64,000 nucleotides of DNA, from contig NW_027117342.1 in the NCBI RefSeq assembly GCF_038025025.1, forward strand, positions 558,001-622,000, in the 5' to 3' direction. The translations under genes were made by a program, and so were the position numbers. Within the stretch, counting starts at the first letter, position 1, and every line of letters begins with the position of its first letter. This document shows positions 35,386 to 45,792 of this stretch, piece after piece. Source of the stretch: Phyllosticta citribraziliensis (Eukaryota). A model generated the notes under the pieces. The model searched no databases. It saw nothing but the letters and a program-made list of their open reading frames with translations, and was not told where the DNA came from.

Positions 35386-37468
35386 ATGGCGCCGTTCTAC
35401 CCCCTTTACATACGGAGATCTGACGGCCGAGCTGTCACAGGGGAGAAGAAGAAAGAAAGTAACGAGCCCACTCCTGAGCAACTTAACCAGAAGCCCGACG
35501 CCAAAGGCATCTGTGATTACTACAGGCTCATAGAAGATGACGAACCCAAAAATGTCGATTGGCGGCGTAAGCTAGGGGGTATGCTCCTGAGAGAGCTTGC
35601 ACAGTCTGGAGAGCACCAGCGTAAGTGAGAGCCTCAATGTCACGGTACGCCGCTGACGCCGACCAGACAAGGCCGCCATTCTCGCCCACCTCCCCACAAA
35701 CTACCGCCTATTCGAGCACATCAAGTCGAGAACACACGACGGCGATCCACAGTCTAAGCGGGCGTCGAAGAACCATGCCGGTGGAGGTCACGACCGCCAA
35801 GATGCCTACCTCTACGGTCACCCCTTGGGCCGAAAGAAACGCTTTCGAAGTCCCGCCGACTTCTTCCCCCATCTATACTGGCTAGCAACGGACAAGACGG
35901 GTGATCCAGGCAACTGCACTTGCAAGATCTGCTGCCCAGAGGAATTTCAAGAGGAGAAGACGGCTGTGAAAAGAGACGCTACTACTCCGACGCCAGGTCC
36001 GTCCCAGGCCGCGACGCCGGCGCAGTCTCCCGCGAACCCACGGTCAGGCCGCAGATCTCCATCGGTCATGATACCTCGAGTCAACAGCACACCGGCTCAG
36101 CATTCCTCCACCCAAGAAAGACCTGTCTCCCAGCCAGCCCCGGCCCAGCGCCCAGCTCCACAGACCCAACCGCCGAATCCCCCGCAGCCTTTGCAGCAGC
36201 ATCGGCCCACGCCGCTCCCTGTGCTTCCATTCGCCGACTTTCAATTGGATATGCGCTGGAACCATTTGCTATTCAGGCCGGGAGAAGTCGTGTGGCACAG
36301 CCGAGGAGATGCATGGGGCCTGGGCGTCGTCATCCGTCGCTATTTGTCCGAGACTCCCAACCGTGGAGTGGAACGAAACTACATCATCCAGCCCCTCTCA
36401 AATCCCATTGAGCAACTTCGTCCGGTGCACCACTCTGAAGAGCGCCTACTACGACCATGGCTTGCTTGGTCGCCGCCTCCGCTGACAAACGAGGTTCTTC
36501 AGAATCGACCCGATGTCTCATTCAGCAATGTGGATTGGCAGGCTGTTCTCAATGGACAGTTTGGTCAAGGCAATGCTGAAGTCGATGGCAGCATCCTGGC
36601 CGCCAAAGCCATTGATGTCTCGTTTACCCTGCATCACCTACTCAACGGCACAACGCGCACCAACCCGCAATTCGAGGAGCGTCATTGGGGAGGTATATTC
36701 CTCGGCGCAGAAAAGATTTGGGTGGGCGAGCCAGTCCGCGTCCGTCTAGATGCGCCAGTTTCGCATCCCGTCCTCGTCATCCTCGACATTGTCGAACGGG
36801 TTGAGCTCGGAAGGCCCAATCCACGCAGCAGCATTCATGTTGTCGGCGATTTGTACACCTTCATGACCACCCAGCCGCCGCCAAACTCGGTCATGCCACC
36901 TGTCGACCACCTTCCAACCCGCATGGCCAACGACCTCATCCTACGCAATAGATGCTCCGTGCCCGCCGGTCGTCTCTCGGCCTGGAAACTGCTGAAGCCA
37001 CACCTCGCCCTCTCGCTTGATTCCATCCGTGGCCGCTGGTACGAGTCGAGCATCCTCCTTCCCATGATCCAACCGGAAGCGGAGTTCAATGAGGCACGTC
37101 GCCGTGGCACCATCGACGACGTGGACCCATGGCTCAACGGTCGTGGCGACTCGTCCGGACAGCCGCGCGTGGCGGGCGTGAGGCAACCAGAGCGCCGCGA
37201 CGCGCTGGGCCGCGCCGTCCCCGACGGCACGCGCATCCACGACGGCCTCGACCCCATGAGTCCGGCCGAGTTGGCGTCGCTGACGGGCGTCGTGCCGCCG
37301 TCCCTGGCTCAAGCACAGCCGCAGCCGCAGGGCCAGCCGCCTGCCGGCTTTGAAGGCGCGGCCTTTGGCGAAATGGACGTCGACATGCGCGAGTTCATGA
37401 ATCTCGACAACGACTTTACGAATCTGCCGCCGGCTGGCGGTGCCAATGGCGCCATGGGATGGGGCTGA
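35386..37468 (+). CDS. CLR2: Transcription-silencing protein Clr2 (cryptic loci regulator 2) family, 1 intron
   Basis: WRRKLGGML, YRLFEH, DAYLYGHP...FRSPADFFPHLYWL...CTCKIC, FRPGEVVW, PWLAWS, GIFLGAEKIWVGEPVR and GRWYE. Confidence 0.87.
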
Positions 37469-37852
37469 GGTCGACCCGAATCATCACTCGCACTGTACAT
37501 TACATTACGACGTGGCTGCGGCCATTTGCATGTAATGCACAATGCCTCCTGTTGCTCTCCGTCCACCTTTTGTGGACACTACTCCTTGCTAGCTAGCTCT
37601 GCATCACATTGCATTGGGGCGTCTGGCCCTTTTTGCTGCAAGAATATCCCACCCCACCCACCCAGCCATCGGCGGGCAGTTTGAAAGGCCGCGTATCGGC
37701 CTCGTTGCTACCTGTACCCGACGGAGAAGGAGGACAGGGGCAGGAATTGAAGGCTGCTTTGAAGAGAGACGATGATCGGATGAGGAGGCGCGCTCCGGCG
37801 CCGCTGTGGAGGCGTCAATTAGCTAGTCAGTTTGTCAGACAGACTCATAGCT

Positions 37853-37874
37853 AGTCAGTCAGTCAGTCAGTCAG
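37853..37874. repeat. (AGTC)n microsatellite
   Basis: agtcagtcagtcagtcagtcag, with degenerate copies just upstream. Confidence 0.85.
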
Positions 37875-38637
37875 ATACCAATGAAGCAATTTCTTGAGAC
37901 GAAACTAGAGAGGACAGCTTTGAACACCGCCTTAGTCGCATGTGTCTAGGGAGCATTCATACCCACATCCCATTTTCCGTAAGCCACGAGCTGTAAACAC
38001 GACCTTCCGAACACTCTCCATCACAAATGCCCACGCCTTCCACCCATACTCTTCCCATAGCACCAGCGGCGCCCCGCAGGAATAGCAGCGCTATACCAAT
38101 TTAAATGGAAGCGCCACGCATATCCGTCACGGCATCTTGCCATCACCTCTCTGCACAGCTGCGCCGCTCCGCAGCGTCAAGGCGCTGGGTTTTTGTTGGA
38201 GGTGAATTTGGTGGCGCGCGTTCTTTTGTGTGAGGATAGGGCTGTGGTGTATTTTGAGCGGCGTTGCGGTGGAATTGCGGTTGCATGGGGAGGGGTATTC
38301 TGGAGTTCTTGTTCGCTGTGCTGGGTATGCCTGTTTGTCTGTTTGTCTACTTTAATGCCGGCGGATAGTCAGGGGCTTGAGTTTTGCGCCTGGCTGTTGT
38401 GTACGTGTCGTCACAGACGCCGAAGTGCTTGATGTTTGTGTTGTCTGTGGTATGGATGAGTACAGAAGAGACTGCTGTTTTAGCTTTCACTCATTTTTTT
38501 GTGTCTTGACATGGGCACATTTAGCTCGCTACATGTAGGAAGAAAGTCTACAGATTTTTGGACGCCCGTTTAGACGCCGACCCAATGCTGGAACAAGGAA
38601 ACTAGGGAATTGTGGCTACTCTCGCAACACATGCTCC

Positions 38638-40982
38638 TCATGCGCGGCCCTTGCGCGCAGCCGTCTTCTTCTTAACCTTCTCCACCAACCGCTGCAAATC
38701 CTCGCCGCCCTCGCCGTCAGCCTGCTCCTTCTTACTCGTCCTAGCCTTCTTGCCGGCCGGCGCACCCCTCTCAACCGGCGGCGCATCGTCGCCCTCGTCG
38801 CGCTCGGCGCGGCTCTTGCGCTTCTTGCGGCCCTCCTCCAGCAGCGCCGTCATGCCCTGCGTGCGCTTGAAGCGCGGGTTGGTCGGGTCGATGGCGTACT
38901 CGTGGCTGTCGAAGACGGCCTTGAAGCGCGGGTCGGCCGTGTCCATGGTGAAGCCCGTCTGCTCCTCGTCCTGGCCCGCGGCGTCGTCCGCCTTGGCGTG
39001 CTTCTTGCTCTTCTTGCCCTTGCCCTTGCGCCGCGCCTCCTTTTCGGCCTTTTCGATTGCCTTCATGTCGAAATGGCGGAGTTTGGCGTCGGCGCCTTCG
39101 TCCGCCATGAGCAGCTCCAGCTGTGCGCGCTCGGCCGCGGCAGAGGCGGCGGCGGCTGCGCGCTCTTCTGCGGCGCGTTGCTTGGAGGCCTTTTTGGCGG
39201 CTTTGGCGGCGCGCTGCGTCTCGCCGGCGGGGTCGGTGAAGAAGGGGTCGTTGAAGGGGTCGTCTTCGTCGCCACTCGCGTCCTTGCCGTTGGCGTTGTC
39301 CTCGGGAGCAGACTCTTCGGCTTCGCTGGCGGCGTCTTGCTGTGCGGCTTGCTCCTTGCTGATGTCGCCGGTGCGCGCGGCTTTGGCGCGCTCTTTGCGG
39401 CGTTGCTTGCGCTCTTTTTCTTGGCGGATGTACTTTTCTCTTGTCGATTCCTCGGGTGCGTTTTCAAAGATGCCCTTGCCCGACTCGTCCTTGTTCTTCT
39501 TGCTGTTGGACGACAGTCCTGATGTGAATGTGATCTGCATGTCGCCGACTGGTCCATCGTTCTTCTTCTTCTTGGGGGCGACGCTGCTGCTGTCGAGACC
39601 CAGCGCCGCGCGCAGCTTGGCAGCCTTGTCCTCTCGTGCTTTCTTCTTGTCGTGTGTGGTGGTGCTGGCGGCTTCATCTTCGGATGAACTGGCCTCGTCA
39701 GACTCGTCGTCTGAGCTGTCCGTGCCAATGTAGGCCTTGAGGTCGTTCTCGTCAATCTCCTTTTGGCTGAACGCGCGCTTTTGCACCTCTTTGCGCGTCG
39801 TGTCGTCCGCATCCCAGGTCAACTTGACGCGCGAGTGCGTCAGAGCGTCAGTGACGAACTCGTTGGGCTTGTAGCCGTCGGGTATGCGGGAGCACTCGTC
39901 ACGCGGCTGGTCCTCCTCGAAGCTGACGTCGTCCGGCACGAACCGCATGTCGAAAAAGTTGGCAGACGAAAGGTACTCCCGGCCGTCCATGTTGTCGTAG
40001 AGATGTCTTGCGGTAGCCGCCGAATCGCACTCGACCAGGGCGTAGTAGTACCGCAACCGCTCTAGCTGGTACTGGCGGAGCGCCTTTGAATCGAACTCCT
40101 CTCCCTTGTCCTCCTGCAACAGGTCCTGCTTGATCCTCTCGTCTTCCGAGTCCGAGTCTTCCTCCGAATCCGACTCGTCCTTTTTCTTGTTTTTGGAGAA
40201 AATCTCGCGCGGCGGCCCCTCCAGCTCCTCCCTCTCCATTCGCTCCCGTCCAAACTCGCTGGGATACACCGTGACCTTCAATATCCGTCCCTGGGCGGGA
40301 ACGAAACTCGACGCCACCGCCATGAGATCCGTCGCGCGAATGTTATCCCAGTCAAGATTGACGACGGCGATCCTTGCCGTCGCCTCCTCCATCTCGTCCA
40401 CCTGCGGGTCATTGCCGTTGTTCGGGAACTCGACCGCCTCGTCAGACACGTCGGCTTCGTCTTCATCGTCGTCCTCGTCATCGCTGTCGTCCTCCGAAGA
40501 AGACGAAAAACCTCCGTCGCGCGCAGGGTCGTATTTGCGCTCGATGCGCGCGAGTTCGCGCTGGACCTCGTCGTCATCGTCCGCCTCCTCCGACTCGTCA
40601 GCAGCGGCCTTTTCCTCCTTGTCCGAATCTTCGTCCTCCTCCTCTTCCTCATCTTCGACGCGGTAGATGCGCTCCAGCTCCTTCTTGCCCGCGTCCTTTG
40701 CGACCTTGCGTCCGTATCGATCCACCGAGGCCTTCTTGGAAAAGTCGTCGTCCTTGAGCATGTGCGCAAAGCGCTTGTCGAGCGTGACGCGCGCGTTCTT
40801 CTTCGAGGGCAGCCGGAAGCGGGGGTCTGTGAGCATCTTGCTGAAACGAGGGTCATCTGAGAGACTTCTGTTAGCTTCTTCTTTGCTCATCGTGTTGCGC
40901 CAGCCGTACTGATGGTCGAGCCGCTGGGCTTTGGGGCATTGCCCTTGCCCTTGGGCGCTTTTGGCTTGTTCGGTTTCGACAT
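38638..40982 (-). CDS. ESF1: Pre-rRNA-processing protein Esf1, 1 intron near the 5' end
   Basis: DPRF repeats, RIAVVNLDWDNIRATDL, YPSEFGRERM, LRQYQLERLRYYYA, VKLTWD, C-terminal DPRF..FDSHEYAIDPTNPRF; exon 1 MSKPNKPK...TI spliced via GTACGG..GCTAAC..CAG. Confidence 0.93.
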
Positions 40983-42191
40983 GTTGTGTGTGGTGTCGCT
41001 CTTCCGCTGCTTCAATCACAGAGCGGAGGCGAGTGGAAAGATTTCGATGCGCAGGGCAGTAAGGACAGCAGCGCGTTGAAGAAATCCCGGCGACTGGAAA
41101 TTTGGAGGCTTATCTTATCGGCACTAGCGCTGCATTTTGAGCACAGATCAACCGTGGGCTGCACCACCACCCGGACAACCAACAACATCAGAACGACGAT
41201 GTCCATGGAAGGAAGATATCTCATGGCACTGCGTTTAAGTTTTGTTTGTTCACTGCCGTTTGCGGTCATGGATCTAGTCCGCCATCGTTTAGCACCACGC
41301 TCGCCCAGGAGCAGCCATCTTCTGGCCTCGCAAGTTTTCGTTCTCCTCTGCGCAGCTAGACTCGGAGAACATGTTGCCCTCGGGACCAAATGCGTACAGC
41401 ACATCATGGTCCATGTTGGGGAAATCTACCGCGCCACATACGAACAGCCTGTAGCTGCAGTCTCGCAATGTTAAACATCAAAGTCACTTTTTGTTTTTGC
41501 AAGGGCTATTCATGTGTGTACGTATGCGGATGTCTGGGGCAGCCACCACCCCAATTTGCTATGCACCAGAGTCAAGATGCTTGCACCATGGAGAAGGTGA
41601 GCACCGCAGAGACCCTGATGTCGATGTGAGAGAAGAGAGAAGGGAGGAAAGTTGCGCATTTTGTGAGGAGCATGGGGAGCGCTGAACCCCGGCGTGATGC
41701 CCTATCCAAACGTGGCTGGCGACCAATGCCAACCGGCTCCTGAAGAGTGGAAGAGAGACGGAGGGAAAAGACGTATTTATATTGCTGGAGATACCGCGGG
41801 TGTGGAGACGAGGACGTTAGCGCAGGCGGTCGATGAGTCTTGAATGAGCGTAGTGCAGGCGGTGGTCGCAGGCGTATAGGACCAGATCACTGGGACGTAT
41901 GGTAAGTCACAGGCGCTGAAAGTAATCTGCAAAGGCAACGAATTTGATAAATTTGCTACTCAAGTTGACCAACAAAAAGCAATGCGTATGTATGGGATTG
42001 AACCAGTTTGATTTGCACCAGCATCAAAATGCTCAAGGAGATCCATGAGCACTGAGAAGACACTGGCGACAATGAGAAGAGAGGGAGAAGGGAATTGCAG
42101 CATTGCTGCAATTTGCAAGTGCCTATTTTTTAATGCGGATGGCTGAACCTCTTCAGGAAAAAATTCACCTACTACGTAGGCTGGCTGCGAG

Positions 42192-42252
42192 TCTCCCAGA
42201 AGGAGAAAGGCACATCTCCCAGAAGGAGAAAGGCACATCTCCGCGAAGGAGA
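42192..42252. repeat. 23-bp tandem repeat x2.6, each unit containing TCTCC-N5-GGAGA
   Basis: tctcccagaaggagaaaggcaca twice, then tctccgcgaaggaga. Confidence 0.85.
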
Positions 42253-42658
42253 TGGGTGGGATGGGGTGGTAGTGGTACGGGTCACCCCATCCCACCTGTA
42301 TGAAGAGAAAAGAAGAGAGAAGGACGAGCGCAACGAGTGTGACGAATTTATATGTCGACGTCTTGCCGAGCGGGCGATGTCTTATTTCCTAAATGGGCGT
42401 AGCGCAGGCGGCTCATGGCGCGCGGGCGGCTGCCCTCCACCAATGATAATGCCCGACCCGACATCAACCTAACGGCGGGCGGGCTCCCGGGCTGACATCA
42501 TAGCATCACTTCACTCACCCGACGGCCGACCACCTGGGTGTCCTGCATTCCATCCCATCCAGAGTCGCGTGCTCCCTCTCTCGTTCCACCCCCGCTCACC
42601 CCGTCCACGCTCTCCAAAACACCTGCAGTTGGTTGTCTCGCAAGCACAGTCGCCCGTC

Positions 42659-42971
42659 ATGGCGTTCAATGGGTATTTGAAGTAAGTTGTGTCTTGACGT
42701 CACACTTGCGGCGTGACACTGACACCACAATCCACAGCCGCCGCAGCGTCCTCTTCTTCGCCATCGCCAGTTTGACCGGCTCGTACTTCATTGCGAAGAG
42801 CAACACGCTGCGCGCGAAGACGGTACAGCAGAACAAGGAAAAGGGCGACTTTGCTGTCGACCCCAGCCGCTCTGGTATGTGTTCCTATTCCATCCCTCCG
42901 TCTATCTCTTTTTGCTCTGCTCCCACGGGCAACGAGGTGACTCGTGTGATTGTACAGGTGGCGGTGTGTGA
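42659..42971 (+). CDS. 57-aa spliced microprotein (single hydrophobic segment, ends RSGGGV)
   Basis: Exons 42659-42681, 42738-42874 and 42958-42971 with GTAAGT..CTGAC..CAG and GTATGT..CAG introns give MAFNGYLNRRSVLFFAIASLTGSYFIAKSNTLRAKTVQQNKEKGDFAVDPSRSGGGV*. Confidence 0.75.
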
Positions 42972-43412
42972 GCAAGCTTGCATCGCAGCTTCCACGGTGC
43001 GGATGATTCGAGGTGGCTATTTTGAGATGGAGTGTTGCAGCGCTGTTGTCGACTGTCGTGCGTAGTTTGTTGGGTGTTGCGGTATGCGGTTGAGGTGACA
43101 CAAGGGCGATTGGGCGAATTTATTGGACCACGGGGGAAGAATGGCTGGGAAGCAGAGGAAGTGGTGCATGATACGAAAAACATACGTTAGCATCGTGAAT
43201 ATCACTTGGATTGGATTGGATTGCTTTCAATGGTGTTTGCGCCTGCCACGTGATGAGGTCGGCGACTACCTTACCGTACTATGCATTGCATTGCTGTCTA
43301 CCGTAGTCTCTCATTTCCACAAAGCGGCTTTGCAAATATTGTCAGGACAAACGAATTTTCAAATTTCTTACTATGCTAGAGTACTTGCATCGTCAAAATG
43401 TTTCCAGCGCCC

Positions 43413-44679
43413 CTAAGCCTGCCTCGGCTTGATGGGCTGCGGCTTCGGCACCGTGTCGACATAGCCCGCGGACTTGACCAAGGGAATATCGCCCGTGCTC
43501 ATCTCCGTGCGGAACTTCTGCTGGCCAAACATCTCAAACAACATGTTGTAGGGGAAGCCGACGTCGAACTCGACAGCGTCCTCGATCTCGCGGATCTCCT
43601 CGGGGGTGAGCTCGATTTGGAGCGCCGCAATGTTGCCCTCGAGGTGCTCCTTCTTGCGGATGCCGACGATGGGGAAGACGTAGGGTGCCTTGTGCATGAC
43701 GTACGCGAGCGCGATGCCCGTCAGGTGCGTGCCGGGCTGCTTGCGCGCGGCGATCTTCTCCAGGACGCGCGAGATGGCGCGCTGGCTCTCGCTGGGCCCC
43801 CCCATCTTGCGGCCCTCGGTCGTGCCGTCTTGCACCGCCTTGAGCTGCTCTTCCGTCTTGAAGTTGCCGCCGCCCAGCGCGCCCCATGGCGCCAGTGCCA
43901 TGCCCTCGTCCTGGCACATGGGCAGGATGTCCCGCTCAAAGTCGCGGTCAGCTGCGGACCAGCGTCCTTGGTAGACGGAGAAGGGGGTGAGCGCGTGGTC
44001 GCGCGCGTACTGGTTGGCTTTGGACACGATCCACGCGGGCGTGTCAGAGATGCCGAGGTAGAGGATCTTGCCGGACTTGACGAGGGCGTCCAGGCTCTGC
44101 ATGAGCTCGGGGATCGAAGTGCTGAAATCCCACCAGTGGAGGTAGAGCTGCCAAACACATTAGTCGAGCTGAAAGGTCCAATAGAAAGGGGCAAACCCAC
44201 CAGGTCGATGTAGTCGGACTTCAGCTTCTTGAGGCTGGCTTCGACGCTCAGCCTCAAGCTCTTGTTGTGGTTCCCCGAAAAGTTCGTCTTGATATGCTCA
44301 GAGCCGGCCTGTCGGTAGTTGGTCGTATATTTGGTAGCTAGCACAATCTGGTCGCGAATGCCGCGCTCTTGCATCCAATCGCCAATCCATTCTTCACTCT
44401 CTTCAGACTGGTAACTGCGACTAGTCAGCGGGGCTCGATGGTGAAAGAGGATGATGCTTACCTGTTTGCGGTATCAATGAAGTTGCCTCCGTGCTCAAAG
44501 AATGTATCGAGGATATCGTAGGATGCCTTCTTGTCGCATTGACCCATGAAATCTTTCCAGGCATCTCCGAAATTCATTGCTCCAAGGCAGAGCGGCGAGA
44601 CGCGAATGCCGGCATTGGGCGAGAGGATGCGGTGGTAGCCAAGGGCCGACTTGGGCATGAGAGCGGGTGGGAAAGCCAT
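43413..44679 (-). CDS. Aryl-alcohol dehydrogenase / norsolorinic acid reductase-like aldo-keto reductase, 2 introns
   Basis: RVSPLCLGAMNFG, GGNFIDTAN, VLATKY, YLHWWDF, YLGISDTPAW, YQGRWSAADRDFERDI and PWGALG. Confidence 0.93.
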
Positions 44680-45792
44680 GGTCGTCGTATTCGGGTTGGT
44701 TTCGACCGGGTGTTTGAAAGTTTGCTGATGGGAAGGGCGGTTTGATTCTGAGCTGGATGATTCTAGTTGAAGGGAGGACAGACAGCTTTATATATTCGAG
44801 GACTGGATTTTCCAAGAGTGACGTTCAGCTTCTGCTCATGTTGGTCGCGGCGGTACGTAGCTTCTTCCTTGTCGAGACATCATTGGCTTATGTCCGCAAA
44901 GACCGTCAATTCCGTCTGGAGCAACCTGGAACAGCATCCCGAACTGGTAAGGCCAAGTGGAGTTGGTGAGCCGTCCAGCATTAGCAGCGGCTCAAGCCCC
45001 GCGTCGACTGATTCGCATGGTGGAGTGATTGTTGGAGCTGTGATGTATTAGGTTTGTACATGCAACAGACAACAGGGTGTTGCAGTAGACGTCACCTATT
45101 GCCACACTGCAATTGGATTTTGAAAAATTTAACATGAAAAGAGTACAGCGAAGCACATCGACATGACTCTCACTGACCTCGCAGCAGCAATTCGAAGCTT
45201 AACAGCCTGAATCAAAGTCGAGATGGAAGATGGTTGAGTCGAGCAATGAAGATGGCGGACGGGAAGCTTCCTTCGACTCGCGCGCCCCCGCGCCGCTGAC
45301 CTGGTTGGCCATAGCTCCCGCGACGTCTTGGCGTGCTTAGCCCCCCTTTTTTCTGTGGCTGTTGCACCACCAAGGCGGAGTTAAGGCTGGACTCAGTCCC
45401 AAAGAACACGTCTGCCTAGAGCCCTGAAATCCCTTAGTAAACTAGCGCAATAAAAGGGTGCATATCTCGTTGTCTCCGAGCTCAACACCGGGACGGACGA
45501 ATCGTGGACGGACGAGTTTCGACGGTCGGTCGATCAAGTCGAGAAGAAACGGCTAAGTTGGAAGCTTGCATTAGGCGTGCGCGCAATCGCGGGTCAAACA
45601 AGCAATCGCAGGAAAGAGAAGACATGTTGCACTCCCGAAATTTGGTCCTCGGCCTGGTGAGGCAACTTTCTCAATTGATGCTCGTCCTAGTTCTCTCTCT
45701 CTCTTTTTTTTTTTTTTTTTTCATCCAATCCTGCGCTGTGGGGGCATTCAAGCTCCTGGTTGAGTGGGAAGCGGGCATTCATCCACTTACAC

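Noticed and set aside
37900..38600. Possible structured ncRNA (RNase P/MRP, telomerase RNA, snoRNA)
   Set aside because: I could not identify a telomere template, P4 consensus or convincing C/D or H/ACA box pair by eye.
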